Shown here one piece after another: positions 26,159 through 45,302 of a stretch of DNA of 64,000 bases. Origin of the DNA: Escherichia phage L27; sequence record LC473039.1. One strand, 5' to 3'. The number at the start of each line of letters is the position of its first letter. The stretch's first letter is position 1. The position numbers were made by a program, and so were the translations under genes. Below the pieces are notes generated by a model that was given only the letters and a program-made list of their open reading frames with translations, was not told where the DNA came from and ran no database searches.

Positions 26159-26536
26159 ATGGCATATCAAGGTTTTACTAAGTTAGGTAAAAGAGAACCT
26201 CTGAATGATATCATTCTTTGGGAACAGGTTACCCCAACAGGCCACTCTCGTAAAGAGTACACTCCACAGGCATCTACAGAATATCGTGTAGGTGAAGTTC
26301 TGAAAGCAGATGGTACTAAAGTTGCAGCAGGGGAAGAAGCTCAGGCTGATTCTGTATGTATCGTTAACTTCTATGCAGACCTACAACTGTCTTACCACGG
26401 TCAGTTGAAAGTTGTTGGTATTTACCGTGATGCAGAACTAAAAGACCTGCTTACTCTTGAGTCAGGTGTTGATGCTGCCGCAGTCAAGAAAGCTCTGGCT
26501 GCTAAAGGCATTGATTTCGTACCAACTGGCCTGTAA
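26159..26536 (+). CDS. putative head decoration protein (125 aa)
   Basis: small ORF between protease/scaffold and major capsid genes; by position only. Confidence 0.45.
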   Translation: MAYQGFTKLGKREPLNDIILWEQVTPTGHSRKEYTPQASTEYRVGEVLKADGTKVAAGEEAQADSVCIVNFYADLQLSYHGQLKVVGIYRDAELKDLLTLESGVDAAAVKKALAAKGIDFVPTGL

Positions 26537-26569
26537 TAACAATAATAAGACATTCTGGAGAATTTTACA

Positions 26570-27673
26570 ATGTTGACTAATTCTGAAAAAAGCAGATTTT
26601 TCCTTGCTGACCTGACTGGTGAAGTCCAGTCTATCCCAAATACTTATGGGTATATTTCCAACTTAGGTCTGTTCCGTTCAGCACCAATCACCCAAACTAC
26701 TTTCCTTATGGACTTGACTGATTGGGATGTTAGCTTGCTTGATGCGGTAGACCGTGATAGCCGTAAAGCAGAGACTAGCGCACCTGAGCGTGTTCGTCAA
26801 ATCAGCTTCCCAATGATGTACTTCAAAGAAGTTGAAAGCATCACTCCTGATGAAATTCAGGGTGTACGTCAGCCAGGCACTGCAAACGAACTGACTACTG
26901 AAGCAGTAGTACGTGCTAAGAAGCTGATGAAGATTCGTACCAAGTTCGATATTACTCGTGAGTTCCTGTTTATGCAAGCTCTGAAGGGTAAAGTTGTTGA
27001 TGCTCGTGGTACTCTGTACGCTGACCTGTACAAGCAGTTCGACGTTGAGAAGAAGACTGTTTACTTCGACCTTGACAACCCTAACGCTGACATCGACGCT
27101 TCTATTGAAGAACTGCGTATGCACATGGAAGACGAAGCTAAGACTGGCACTGTAATCAACGGTGAAGAAATTCACGTAGTTGTTGACCGTGTGTTCTTCA
27201 GCAAACTGGTTAAGCATCCTAAGATTCGTGACGCTTATCTTGCACAGCAGACTCCGCTGGCTTGGCAACAGATTACTGGTTCTCTGAGAACTGGTGGTAC
27301 TGACGGTGTTCAGGCTCACATGAACACTTTCTACTACGGTGGTGTTAAGTTTGTCCAGTACAACGGTAAGTTCAAAGACAAGCGTGGTAAGGTTCACACT
27401 CTGGTGAGCATTGACAGCGTAGCAGACACTGTTGGTGTTGGTCATGCTTTCCCTAACGTTTCTATGCTGGGTGAAGCAAACAACATCTTCGAAGTTGCAT
27501 ATGGTCCATGTCCTAAGATGGGTTATGCAAATACACTTGGTCAGGAACTGTACGTATTCGAATACGAAAAAGACCGTGACGAAGGTATTGACTTTGAAGC
27601 TCACTCTTACATGCTGCCATACTGTACTCGTCCTCAGTTGCTGGTAGATGTTCGTGCTGACGCCAAAGACTAA
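26570..27673 (+). CDS. major capsid protein
   Basis: 367-aa ORF with strong RBS and high-expression codon usage, downstream of protease. Confidence 0.7.
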   Translation: MLTNSEKSRFFLADLTGEVQSIPNTYGYISNLGLFRSAPITQTTFLMDLTDWDVSLLDAVDRDSRKAETSAPERVRQISFPMMYFKEVESITPDEIQGVRQPGTANELTTEAVVRAKKLMKIRTKFDITREFLFMQALKGKVVDARGTLYADLYKQFDVEKKTVYFDLDNPNADIDASIEELRMHMEDEAKTGTVINGEEIHVVVDRVFFSKLVKHPKIRDAYLAQQTPLAWQQITGSLRTGGTDGVQAHMNTFYYGGVKFVQYNGKFKDKRGKVHTLVSIDSVADTVGVGHAFPNVSMLGEANNIFEVAYGPCPKMGYANTLGQELYVFEYEKDRDEGIDFEAHSYMLPYCTRPQLLVDVRADAKD

Positions 27674-27694
27674 TATTCTTAAGGAGGGTTATTA

Positions 27695-28144
27695 ATGTGT
27701 TATACAGGCGACCCAGCCAATAACCCTCTTGATAGAGTAAGAATCCTCTGCACAGACACTAATAATGATGAAATTCTTATTGAACAGTCTGTGCTAGAGT
27801 GGTTCTATCTAGAATCTGGAAAGGATGAAAAGAAAGCAGCCATCAAAGCTCTTAAATATTTACTCTTTCAAGTAGCCAAGATGGGAGATGAGAAGGTTGG
27901 TGGTGTTTATTTACGTAACTCTTCCAGATTCAAATCTCTGAAAGCTGTTTATGACGACCTTGTTAAAAGCTCTGTTTCAGGACTACCCTATGCAGGTGGT
28001 ATTAATCAGTGCGACATTGATATGCGTCGTCAGAATCCTTGCTCTGTCAAGAAATACACAGAATATGGTGATGCTGCCAGATACGAAGGCAGAGATTACT
28101 GCAACCGTGTTAATGGCGTATTTATTATCGAGCGAGATGAATAA
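27695..28144 (+). CDS. hypothetical head-completion or connector protein (149 aa)
   Basis: ORF in head-tail joining region. Confidence 0.45.
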   Translation: MCYTGDPANNPLDRVRILCTDTNNDEILIEQSVLEWFYLESGKDEKKAAIKALKYLLFQVAKMGDEKVGGVYLRNSSRFKSLKAVYDDLVKSSVSGLPYAGGINQCDIDMRRQNPCSVKKYTEYGDAARYEGRDYCNRVNGVFIIERDE

Positions 28145-28626
28145 TGGTTAAAAGGGTTATTCACCCCGCTAGAGCAAAATTAGTCGGGGCTATGAAGAAC
28201 TTGCAAACGGCTAATGCTCAAGTTGGGTATTTTCAAGAACAAGGTCAACATAGCTCTGGTTTTTCTTATCCTGCTTTAATGTATTTACAAGAAGTTATTG
28301 GGGTTCCTTCAGCTTCTGGTAAAGTATATCGTAGGTTGTTTGAAATCACTATGATGCTAAACAAACAGACCTTGTTAGAGCAGACTAAGAAGAATCTATA
28401 TAAGCAACTTAGCAGTCTCAACACAGACCCTTCAAATACCTTAGAAGCATTTGCAAAGAATACTCAAAAGGTAATTAAAAGAGGTTTTGGTAATTCTGCT
28501 ATTCTCCCTCCTAACGCACCTTCCACAGTCAAGAAAAAAGGCTTTAACGCACCTCTTGTTGAGACAGGTGACTTAAGGGATAACCTTGCTTATAAAATTT
28601 CTACTAAGAAGGGTATTAAGAAATGA
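28144..28626 (+). CDS. hypothetical structural protein (160 aa)
   Basis: ORF. Confidence 0.45.
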   Translation: MVKRVIHPARAKLVGAMKNLQTANAQVGYFQEQGQHSSGFSYPALMYLQEVIGVPSASGKVYRRLFEITMMLNKQTLLEQTKKNLYKQLSSLNTDPSNTLEAFAKNTQKVIKRGFGNSAILPPNAPSTVKKKGFNAPLVETGDLRDNLAYKISTKKGIKK

Positions 28627-29024
28627 GACTCTTAAACAGACACAGCTTTGTAGTAAAGCGTAAAGTCTCTGAAGACGGTTATTATAACGATGATGGTGAT
28701 TGGGTAGCTTCACAAGATATTGTAGAGGTTAACTGTAAAGGTAATATTCAGCCATATATCAAAGGTTCTGTAAAGAATGGTACACAGATTGCTTTACCGG
28801 AAGGTATCAGGCTTACCGATACAAGAATCCTGTATACCACATATAAACTTAGAACTTCAGATGATGTAGAGTGGAATGAGTCTGACATTGTTATGATTGA
28901 TGGTCATGAGTATGAAGTATTTATGACTATGGATTGGTCACAGCAATTAGCCCATACGTCCCATTATGAATATATCATTATTAGAAGGGATAAAATGAAT
29001 GCAGTTAGAAACAGCAGAACTTGA
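28623..29024 (+). CDS. hypothetical structural protein (133 aa)
   Basis: ORF. Confidence 0.45.
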   Translation: MRLLNRHSFVVKRKVSEDGYYNDDGDWVASQDIVEVNCKGNIQPYIKGSVKNGTQIALPEGIRLTDTRILYTTYKLRTSDDVEWNESDIVMIDGHEYEVFMTMDWSQQLAHTSHYEYIIIRRDKMNAVRNSRT

Positions 29025-29598
29025 AAAAGGTCTAGTTAGAGCCTTAGTGGATGTTATTGGTCACAGACTAGCTCGTGATAAGAATAATAGACCAAATGTA
29101 ATTAGAGCTTACCCTTCTGATAACTCAAATGACAAAGGTTTAAAACCTGACCAACCATTTATCACTGTATATTGTCAAGATGCCGCAACACCTTATGGTT
29201 GGGTTCTTGATAAGTTTGTTGAGGATGATGTAGTTTGCTACAGAATTGCTTTTCAGATTCCTGTATTGATTACGGTAAATGGTAAAGGTGCTCACAGTAT
29301 TATGCTTGAGCTTAAACAACGATTAGAGATGAGTTCAGTCAGAGATTTAATCCTTGAAGAAACAGGAGCTACAGTACTAGACACTGGAGCAATCCCAAAT
29401 GATTACACTTATCTCAATACAGATTTCGAAAATTCTGCGCCTCTTGTTGTAACTCTTGTAAAAAATTCAGTCCTGAAAGATGAACGTGGAAGTATTATTG
29501 AGCGTGTCATTGTTGATGGCGAGTTGGTTTATGAAGAAGGACAAGAGCCACCAGAATATACTATCCATCTAGATGTAGACTCCAAAGGGGTAAAATAA
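28999..29598 (+). CDS. hypothetical tail-completion protein (199 aa)
   Basis: ORF directly upstream of sheath gene. Confidence 0.45.
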   Translation: MQLETAELEKGLVRALVDVIGHRLARDKNNRPNVIRAYPSDNSNDKGLKPDQPFITVYCQDAATPYGWVLDKFVEDDVVCYRIAFQIPVLITVNGKGAHSIMLELKQRLEMSSVRDLILEETGATVLDTGAIPNDYTYLNTDFENSAPLVVTLVKNSVLKDERGSIIERVIVDGELVYEEGQEPPEYTIHLDVDSKGVK

Positions 29599-30951
29599 AT
29601 GTGGAATCCAATTGTTAATGTAGATATTACATTGAACACCGCAGGAACTACAAGAGAAGGTTTTGGTTTGCCACTATTCTTAGCTTCAACAGATAACTTT
29701 GAAGAAAGAGTACGTGGCTACACTTCCTTAACTGAAGTTGCTGAAGATTTCGATGAGAGGTCTGCTGCATATAAGGCTGCTAAACAACTTTGGAGTCAGA
29801 CTCCTAAAGTAACTCAGCTTTATATTGGTAGACGTACTATGCAGTACACTGTATCAATTCCTAATACTGTTACCGAAAGTACAGACTACTCAATTACTGT
29901 AGCTGTTGGTGGTGGAATTTCTCAACCATATCAGTACACATCAAAAAGCTCAGATACTGCTGAGAAAGTTTTGCAACAGCTTAAAACACAGATTGAAGCT
30001 GACCCAACAATCAAAGATAAGGTTTCTGTGAACGTAACTGGTAGTGGTGCTTCTGCCACAATGATTATTACCAAAGCTGGTGATAATGACTTTGTGAAAG
30101 TAACAACCACAGCACAGACTGTATATATTGCAAGTACAACTGCCGATACAGCAGCAACTGCTCTGGCAGCTATCGAAGCTTACTCTACTGACTGGTATTT
30201 CATTGCAGCAGAAGACAGAACTCAACAGTTTGTCTTAGCAATGGCTTCTGAGATTCAGGCTCGCAAGAAAATCTTCTTTACAGCTAACTCCGATGTATCA
30301 GCACTACAAGGTACAGAATTAAACAGTGCAAACGATGTTCCAGCACAGCTTGCTAAGAGTATGTATACTCGTACAGTTTGCTTGTGGCATCACGCAGCAG
30401 CAGAAGACTATCCAGAGATGGCATACATTGCTTATGGCGCTCCATATGATGCAGGGTCAATTGCTTGGGGTAATGCTCAGTTGACTGGTGTAGCTGCTTC
30501 TCTACAGCCAGCTAATAAGAGACCTCTGACAAGTATTCAGAAGTCTGCTTTAGATGCACGTCACTGTAACTTTATTGACCTTGATGGTGGTGTTCCAGTG
30601 GTTCGTAGAGGGATTACTTCTGGTGGGGAATGGATTGATATCATCCGTGGTGTTGACTGGTTAGAATCAGACCTGAAAACTTCTCTGAGAGACTTGCTAA
30701 TTAACCAGAAGGGTGGTAAGATTACTTATGATGATACTGGTATTACCCGTATTCGTCAAGTCATTGAAACCTCTCTGCAAAGAGCAGTCAACAGAAACTT
30801 CCTGTCATCTTACACAGTTAATGTTCCTAAAGCCTCTCAAGTTGCTTTGGCAGACAAGAAAGCTCGTATCCTGAAAGATGTTACCTTCGCAGGTATCTTA
30901 GCAGGGGCTATCTTGGATGTTGACTTGAAAGGTACAGTGGCTTACGAATAA
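29599..30951 (+). CDS. tail sheath protein
   Basis: 450 aa, position before tube and tape measure; C-terminal region resembles sheath proteins as recalled. Confidence 0.65.
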   Translation: MWNPIVNVDITLNTAGTTREGFGLPLFLASTDNFEERVRGYTSLTEVAEDFDERSAAYKAAKQLWSQTPKVTQLYIGRRTMQYTVSIPNTVTESTDYSITVAVGGGISQPYQYTSKSSDTAEKVLQQLKTQIEADPTIKDKVSVNVTGSGASATMIITKAGDNDFVKVTTTAQTVYIASTTADTAATALAAIEAYSTDWYFIAAEDRTQQFVLAMASEIQARKKIFFTANSDVSALQGTELNSANDVPAQLAKSMYTRTVCLWHHAAAEDYPEMAYIAYGAPYDAGSIAWGNAQLTGVAASLQPANKRPLTSIQKSALDARHCNFIDLDGGVPVVRRGITSGGEWIDIIRGVDWLESDLKTSLRDLLINQKGGKITYDDTGITRIRQVIETSLQRAVNRNFLSSYTVNVPKASQVALADKKARILKDVTFAGILAGAILDVDLKGTVAYE

Positions 30952-30966
30952 TAGAGGTAAATTGGA

Positions 30967-31413
30967 ATGGCTATGTATCAGCAATATTCCCCTAAAGACG
31001 TTGTGTGTAGCTGGAACGGCATTGCTATTGAAGGCTTTGCTCCAGATTCATTCTTACGTCTACAGAGAACATCACCACTTATTACACCAGTTGTAGGTGC
31101 AGGTGGTCAGGTTGCTCTGACAAGAAATGCAGACAAGACAGGTACTATTGAGATTGAGCTAATGCAGACTTCTCTCTCTAATCAGATGCTTTCTGCAATT
31201 CAAGCTAAACAAGACAATATGGAACTTGAAGAAGATATCTCTTCTAACTTCGTAATCTACGACCCATCAGGCTCTGTTCTGGCAACTGGTATTAATGCTT
31301 GGTTGCAGGAATTACCACAGATTGAACTTGGTCGTGACCAGAACTCTAAAACTTGGATTTTTGGTTGTGAGAAGCTAGACTACACTTCTACAATTCCAGC
31401 GTCAAGTGTTTAA
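30967..31413 (+). CDS. tail tube protein
   Basis: 148-aa ORF directly after sheath. Confidence 0.6.
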   Translation: MAMYQQYSPKDVVCSWNGIAIEGFAPDSFLRLQRTSPLITPVVGAGGQVALTRNADKTGTIEIELMQTSLSNQMLSAIQAKQDNMELEEDISSNFVIYDPSGSVLATGINAWLQELPQIELGRDQNSKTWIFGCEKLDYTSTIPASSV

Positions 31414-31425
31414 TAAATCCTATAA

Positions 31426-31457
31426 GGGGGAGACTTTAAAAGGTCTTCCCCTTTTTT
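31426..31457 (+). terminator. rho-independent terminator or attenuator after tube gene
   Basis: ggggagac...gtcttcccc hairpin followed by TTTTTT. Confidence 0.65.
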
Positions 31458-31486
31458 GTTTCTTTTAAAAGTATTAAGGAATCACA

Positions 31487-31885
31487 ATGAAAACAGAATC
31501 TAGAGTAATTAATGGCAAGAAAGTAAATATCGTTCTGCTTGGGGCAAGAGATGGTATTAAGATGTCTATGAAGTTGGGTAAGATTGTTGTTCCAACTTTT
31601 GCACAGATGCTGTCAAGTCTGACTGACAAGGGTAAGAAAGAAGCTCCAACGGTTCCATTTAAAGAACTTGTTGAAGCTTGTTTTGACAGAATTGAAGAAA
31701 TTAACCTTGAAGAAATGGCTACCCTGTTATTTCAAGGGGCAACTGTTGATGACTTCCCACTTAATATTGATACGTACTTCCAAGCAAACTATGGTGAATT
31801 TATTGATTACTTAGCATTTGCGCTGGAGGCAAACTTCGGAAGTTTTTTCGAAGCAAGCATTTTCAAAAGCCTAACTTCTCAGTAA
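31487..31885 (+). CDS. putative tail assembly chaperone (132 aa)
   Basis: position immediately upstream of tape measure. Confidence 0.5.
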   Translation: MKTESRVINGKKVNIVLLGARDGIKMSMKLGKIVVPTFAQMLSSLTDKGKKEAPTVPFKELVEACFDRIEEINLEEMATLLFQGATVDDFPLNIDTYFQANYGEFIDYLAFALEANFGSFFEASIFKSLTSQ

Positions 31886-31887
31886 AC

Positions 31888-32126
31888 ATGGGTAACACTC
31901 TACAGACACCACTAACTGATGCTGCTGTAGAGGCAACCTATGAAGAAGCAGACGAGATGAAATTTGTGCTTGCTATTTATGGTATGGAAGGGTGTAAAGA
32001 AACACTTGACCAACTCTTTGCTATGACATTCTCTGATTTATTATCATTGAGACAATTTCTTGAGATTCAGAGGTCGTATAAAGAGGAAATCGCTTACAAC
32101 GAACTTAGAAGAGCAGGAAAAATGTA

Positions 32127-32127
<1 letters not shown>
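31888..32127 (+). CDS. putative tail assembly chaperone (79 aa)
   Basis: position upstream of tape measure. Confidence 0.45.
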
Positions 32128-40122
<7,995 letters not shown>

Positions 40123-40124
40123 TA

Positions 40125-41312
40125 ATGGCGGTAGGTGAAATTCAAATTAGTGCCTTGCCTCAAGCAGCCTTACCAATTGACCTTAGTGATATCTTCCATC
40201 TTAAGCAGGGTATTGAGGATAAGAGATGTACTCTTGAGCAATTACTTGCTCCACACTCAAGCCTAAGAAATAACCCTCATGGTGTTACTAAAACACAAAT
40301 TGGTTTAGATAACGTCATCAATGCTCTTCAGTTAGTTGCTGCAAATAACTTATCAGACGTTACTAATGTAGCTCAGGCAAGAGCAAATCTACAGATTATG
40401 TCTTCAGAAGAGGTTAATAATCTTGTTCAACAGCATATTCAGGACAAGAGCAACCCACACAATACAACTAAGGCACAGGTAGGGTTGAGCAATGTCCAGA
40501 ACTGGACAACATCGAACCTTTATAACGAAGATGCAGACAAGTACGCTACAGCAAGAGCAGTAAATAACTTGTACAAGGCTGTTCAGGCTTCCTATCCAGT
40601 AGGTACTATCCATCTTTCCATGAACTCTGCAAACCCTTCTACGTATTTAATTTGTGGAGGAACTTGGGAGTTAGTTTCAAAAGGTAGGGCATTGGTTGGT
40701 TATGACTCTGACACAAGACCAGCAGGCTCTGTATTTGGTGCTTCAACTGTCACTTTGTCAGTTAATAACATGCCACAACACTCACACTCTGTGTCTCTTA
40801 GTGGTGGTGGTCATGCTCATAATGCAACTGTGTCAATTTCAGCTTTTGACTATGGAACTAAGACTACCAACTCTTTTGACTATGGAACTAAGACCACTAA
40901 CACAACTGGTAACCATAACCATGTTGGTAGTGGGTCAACAAGTTCTGCTGGTGCTCATAACCACAGATTGACCTATGAATCAGGTGGTGGTTTATCGGAA
41001 AGACCTGCAATGGTTTGGTCTTCAAGGAATGACCAATCATGGTACTCAGCAGATGCTGTCTGTGAAGTAGCTGGTGCACACACTCACTCTTTCAGTGTTA
41101 CCACTAACACAACTGGTAACCACAACCATACGGTTGGTATTGGTGCTCACAGCCACACAGTTGGTATTGGTTCACATACACACAATGGTACTGTAACAGT
41201 TTCTTCTTCTGAGCATACGCATAGCGGGAACACTAATAGTGTTGGTGGTGGACAAGCTTTCAACATTGAGCAGCCATCCTTTGTACTGTATGTATGGCAG
41301 AGAACAGCTTAA
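40125..41312 (+). CDS. tail fiber protein with His-x-His repeat tip
   Basis: tail-fiber repeats (NPHGVTKTQIGLDNV / NPHNTTKAQVGLSNV), Gly/Ser/Thr-rich HxH repeats, in-frame 27-bp tandem duplication (40846-40899). Confidence 0.75.
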   Translation: MAVGEIQISALPQAALPIDLSDIFHLKQGIEDKRCTLEQLLAPHSSLRNNPHGVTKTQIGLDNVINALQLVAANNLSDVTNVAQARANLQIMSSEEVNNLVQQHIQDKSNPHNTTKAQVGLSNVQNWTTSNLYNEDADKYATARAVNNLYKAVQASYPVGTIHLSMNSANPSTYLICGGTWELVSKGRALVGYDSDTRPAGSVFGASTVTLSVNNMPQHSHSVSLSGGGHAHNATVSISAFDYGTKTTNSFDYGTKTTNTTGNHNHVGSGSTSSAGAHNHRLTYESGGGLSERPAMVWSSRNDQSWYSADAVCEVAGAHTHSFSVTTNTTGNHNHTVGIGAHSHTVGIGSHTHNGTVTVSSSEHTHSGNTNSVGGGQAFNIEQPSFVLYVWQRTA

Positions 41313-41358
41313 TTTCTTTACAGGGGCTTTGTAGCCCCTTTTAAGAGGAAAATTTATA

Positions 41359-43719
41359 ATGGTAGATTACAAGTTGAGTGAATTAAACTCGATTGACACA
41401 ATTCGTTCAGATGACCTTCTCCATGTCAGAGTTAAAAAGAGACCTGAGATGTTGGGTGATGAAGACCGTCGAATGACCTATCAAGACTTCTTAGCATCTT
41501 TTAAACTTGAAAGATTTGTTCAGATTGCTGGTAGTACTATGACGGGTGACTTAGGGATTGTTAAGTTACTTTATGGTGGTAAGGCAGTCTTTGACCCAAC
41601 AGGCTCTTCTGAGATTACTGTTGGGGATGTTTTAAAGACTTTTAAAATTAACGCAAATGGCCTTAAACTAACTATTGCAGATGCTTCAAGGTCGGCAACT
41701 GTTTATCATACTCTGAATAAGCCAAGCCCTAATGAACTTGGGATGAGAACTAATGAAGAGAATGATGCAAGATACGCAAGGCTTGCTGTTACAAATAACT
41801 TCAGCCTTAGGCAAGCAATTGTAACTGATGGTGAGCAGTTAACCCTTAAGAAAACAACCAATGCAGGTGCTTCATATATTCAAGGTAGGGATGCTAATAA
41901 CCAGCAAACTTGGTATGTTGGACAAGGAAATGCAAGCAATACTAATGTTTATTTGTACAATCATGCTACTGGCTCAATGTTGACACTTGATGCAACAGCG
42001 TCATTTAACAAGACACTAAGAATTATGGGTCAAGTTCAACCATCTGACTTCTCTAACTTAGATGCTAGGTACTTCACCCAGACAGTAGCTAACCAGAGAT
42101 TTGCACAGTTAGCTGCTAATAACACTTTTAGTGGTGCAAACACATTCACTAATTCCGTCAGTGTGAACTCTGATGCTGCTGCTATCATTCTCAAAAATAA
42201 AACTGTTAATGATAATTTGTTCATCCTAGCAAGAGACAGTGAAAACAATAATTTGTGGTATATTGGTAAAGGTGATACAAACTCTAATGTCACATTATAT
42301 GATTATAAGGGTGGTACTGCTATTAAATTAGACTCATCTGGTGTAACATTCAATAAGGTTGTAAAAATCATTGGTCAAGTTCAACCTTCTGATTGGGCTA
42401 ACATTGACTCTAGATACATTCCAGCAGCTACTTTGAATAATCTTGCTAAACTTAATGTGGCAAACACTTTCGTGAATGTGCAGACTATCGTATCAAATAA
42501 CGAAGGTTTAGTATTAAGAAACTTGACACAGGGGCAACCACTATATATCCGTGGTGTGGATACCGCGAACGTATCGAGGTGGTGGTTAGGTGTAGGTGGT
42601 GCAAACTCTAATGTGGTAACCTTAAACAATAGTTACTCTGGTACTCAAATTGCCCTTGAACCATCAGTAATTGTTGCGAATAAGAATTTAGCCATTACTG
42701 GCCAAGTTCAACCATCTGATTGGTCTAACTTAGATGCCAGATATTACACGCAATCTACCGCAAACTCTAGGTATATGCTCGCTAATTCCTCTGGAGGTGG
42801 TACAGAGGTGGGTGATGGTGATGGTATTGCTTGGAATGCTAAAACTGGTCTGTATAATGTATATACTAAATCTGGTGGTTCAACACAACTAGTTTATCAG
42901 ATGTTTGTTGGTGGTGGCTCAACACCAACTGCACAGTTGAAGTTTAGCTACAGGAATGGTGGTTTTTGGTATAGGTCAGCAAGAGATGGGTATGGATTTG
43001 AGAAGGCTTGGGCTAAAATCTATACAGACCAAGATAAACCAACCCCTTCAGAGATTGGTGCATACACTAAAGCAGAAACTGACCAGAAAATTGCAACAGC
43101 AATTAGTGACTCCACAGACCTTAATAAAATCTATCCAGTAGGTATTGTAACGTGGTTTAACAGTAATGTTAACCCTAATACAGCACTTCCTGGGTTAACT
43201 TGGACGTACCTGAACAATGGTGTCGGTAGGACTATCAGAATCGCAGCAGCAAACGGTTCAGATGTTGCTACAACTGGTGGTTCAGATTCTGTGACGTTAG
43301 CTGTTGGTAACTTACCATCACACACTCATAGTTTCTCTGCTACCACTTCATCTTTTGATTATGGTACGAAGGGCACTAATAGTACTGGTGGTCACACACA
43401 CTCTGGTAGTGGTTCTACCAGCACAAATGGTGAGCACAGCCACTACATCGAGGCATGGAATGGTACTGGTGCAGGTGGTAATAGGACATCATCATATGCC
43501 GTAGCATATAGGGTGGGTGGGAGTAACACTAATGCGGCAGGGAACCACAGTCATACTTTCTCTTTTGGGACTAGCGGTGCTGGTGACCATTCCCACTCTG
43601 TAGGCATTGGTGCTCACAGCCACACAGTTAGTGGTAACACTGGTGGTACAGGTTCTGGTTCAGCATTTAGTGTTACTAACCAGTTCTACAAGTTAATGGC
43701 TTGGGTGAGAACTGCTTAA
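41359..43719 (+). CDS. long tail fiber protein with three internal repeats and His-x-His repeat tip
   Basis: three copies of '(I/T)GQVQPSD(F/W)(S/A)N(L/I)D(A/S)RY'; C-terminal HxH repeats and C-terminal motif shared with 40125-41312. Confidence 0.75.
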   Translation: MVDYKLSELNSIDTIRSDDLLHVRVKKRPEMLGDEDRRMTYQDFLASFKLERFVQIAGSTMTGDLGIVKLLYGGKAVFDPTGSSEITVGDVLKTFKINANGLKLTIADASRSATVYHTLNKPSPNELGMRTNEENDARYARLAVTNNFSLRQAIVTDGEQLTLKKTTNAGASYIQGRDANNQQTWYVGQGNASNTNVYLYNHATGSMLTLDATASFNKTLRIMGQVQPSDFSNLDARYFTQTVANQRFAQLAANNTFSGANTFTNSVSVNSDAAAIILKNKTVNDNLFILARDSENNNLWYIGKGDTNSNVTLYDYKGGTAIKLDSSGVTFNKVVKIIGQVQPSDWANIDSRYIPAATLNNLAKLNVANTFVNVQTIVSNNEGLVLRNLTQGQPLYIRGVDTANVSRWWLGVGGANSNVVTLNNSYSGTQIALEPSVIVANKNLAITGQVQPSDWSNLDARYYTQSTANSRYMLANSSGGGTEVGDGDGIAWNAKTGLYNVYTKSGGSTQLVYQMFVGGGSTPTAQLKFSYRNGGFWYRSARDGYGFEKAWAKIYTDQDKPTPSEIGAYTKAETDQKIATAISDSTDLNKIYPVGIVTWFNSNVNPNTALPGLTWTYLNNGVGRTIRIAAANGSDVATTGGSDSVTLAVGNLPSHTHSFSATTSSFDYGTKGTNSTGGHTHSGSGSTSTNGEHSHYIEAWNGTGAGGNRTSSYAVAYRVGGSNTNAAGNHSHTFSFGTSGAGDHSHSVGIGAHSHTVSGNTGGTGSGSAFSVTNQFYKLMAWVRTA

Positions 43720-43798
43720 TCCCTTGTTGACTGATTGTTAAGATGGTGTTAATATTCTTTATGGGTATTCTCACCATCTTGGCTGATGAGGTGATTAA

Positions 43799-43996
43799 AT
43801 GCCTACAATCCTAGCAATTCTTATAAAAAATCTAGGTAGCTTCTTCTGGAAACTCATTTTATCCCTTCTAAGTGAATACATGATTGAGAAAGTGTTCTTT
43901 AGGCTTGCAAGATACCTTGCGAGTAAAACAGACACACCTATTGATGATGAGTTCGTAGATAACTTAGAAAAAGCTTTTAAGGGGGAGAATAAATGA
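43799..43996 (+). CDS. hypothetical small membrane protein (65 aa)
   Basis: hydrophobic N-terminus; ORF after fiber. Confidence 0.45.
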   Translation: MPTILAILIKNLGSFFWKLILSLLSEYMIEKVFFRLARYLASKTDTPIDDEFVDNLEKAFKGENK

Positions 43997-44364
43997 AGTG
44001 GCTAGAGGAAGCTTTTAAAAATAATATTGGTGCAATTGTAGTTGGTATTTTTAGTGTTATTGGGATGTATACCACTATGCAAGTTTCAAGTGGTAAGCAA
44101 GAAGTGTCTATCACAACAAAGCTACAGCAGTTAGATAATTATTCCAAAAGTAATTATTCAGCTATTCGTGATTTACAGTCTGATATGAGGCTACTTCAGT
44201 TAGGGATGGAGAACCAGAAAGTCCAGTTAGAGAATGTTAAGGGTGAGAACGCAAAACTTACTAAGACCCTTGATAAATTCTCTGATAGCGTGAACAATCT
44301 GGCTCAATCAGTATCAGCCCTCCAAGCTATTACTGAGAAGAACACAAAGAATACTGAAAAGTAA
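43993..44364 (+). CDS. hypothetical membrane/coiled-coil protein (123 aa)
   Basis: N-terminal TM-like segment then heptad-like region. Confidence 0.45.
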   Translation: MKWLEEAFKNNIGAIVVGIFSVIGMYTTMQVSSGKQEVSITTKLQQLDNYSKSNYSAIRDLQSDMRLLQLGMENQKVQLENVKGENAKLTKTLDKFSDSVNNLAQSVSALQAITEKNTKNTEK

Positions 44365-44371
44365 AGTTTAA

Positions 44372-44398
44372 GGCTCCCGTAAAAAAGGAGCCTTTTTT
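44372..44398. terminator. bidirectional rho-independent terminator between convergent blocks
   Basis: perfect hairpin ggctcc...ggagcc flanked by A-run and T-run. Confidence 0.8.
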
Positions 44399-44401
44399 GT
44401 T

Positions 44402-45301
44402 TTATTTACCTACTGACAAAGGTGCTTCAATCTTTCCTGCATGTTGGTAATTGTTAATACCACCAATAAAGTCACTTGCAGTGAGATGTTTTAAGTCACT
44501 TAAAGTGTTAAGTGGTACACCAATCTCAAAAGTAGGTGCATGGAACTCTTCATTGTTCATCAGTTCATAAACCTGCTTCATGTGGTTCTGATAAATCTGA
44601 GTATCTCCAAAGACACCTATCAAGTATCGTGGAGTATATCCAGTCATCTTACAAAGAACTTCCAGAATAAAACCATAAGATGCAATGTTAAACGGAAGCC
44701 CTAAAAAGGTGTCTACAGAACGCTGATACCATTGTAAGTCAACTTCACCCTCGTTAGTGATATAAATCTGAAACAGAACATGACAAGGTGCTAAAGCCAT
44801 TGAGTTTGCTGCAATATCTGCTGCATTCCAAGCATTAACAAGCATGTAACGGTCTGTGATATCACCTTTCATCTTCGTTACTAAGGTCTCTAACTGGTCT
44901 ACAACACAACCATTATGACCCTCAAAGTTTCTCCACTGAACCCCGTAGATTCTCCCACCTGCATCTTCTAACCAGTCTTGTTCAGAAGAATAATTAGAAC
45001 TCAACCAGCGTTTAAAATCATCTGACCAGATAGTCCAGCGTTCCCCATCATTTTCACCCCAAGTTCGATAACGAAGTTCACCAAGTTTATTCTCACCATT
45101 CAGGAACCATAAAGCTTCCCCAATAACTTGCCGTGTAAACACCTGTTTAGATGTTAAGAGTGGGAAACCAGTACGCATATCAAAACGAAACTGAGGTGGA
45201 GCAAATGCAGAGATAACATCTCCAGTTCGTGTAGTACGCAGTTCACCAACGGATAAAACATGGTTCAGGATATTTTTGTAACTCAAATCAGCTTGTGACA
45301 T
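44402..45301 (-). CDS. thyA: thymidylate synthase
   Basis: active-site motif 'LAPCHVLFQ' and 'DRYMLVNAWN' ThyA signature. Confidence 0.9.
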   Translation of the reverse strand: MSQADLSYKNILNHVLSVGELRTTRTGDVISAFAPPQFRFDMRTGFPLLTSKQVFTRQVIGEALWFLNGENKLGELRYRTWGENDGERWTIWSDDFKRWLSSNYSSEQDWLEDAGGRIYGVQWRNFEGHNGCVVDQLETLVTKMKGDITDRYMLVNAWNAADIAANSMALAPCHVLFQIYITNEGEVDLQWYQRSVDTFLGLPFNIASYGFILEVLCKMTGYTPRYLIGVFGDTQIYQNHMKQVYELMNNEEFHAPTFEIGVPLNTLSDLKHLTASDFIGGINNYQHAGKIEAPLSVGK

Positions 45302-45302
45302 A

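Noticed and set aside
26678-27604. Long antisense ORF (308 aa, minus strand) inside the major capsid gene, and similar antisense ORFs inside terminase, portal, protease, tape measure and fiber genes
   Set aside because: They lie entirely within strongly supported sense-strand genes, lack RBS context and show low-complexity composition typical of antisense frames.
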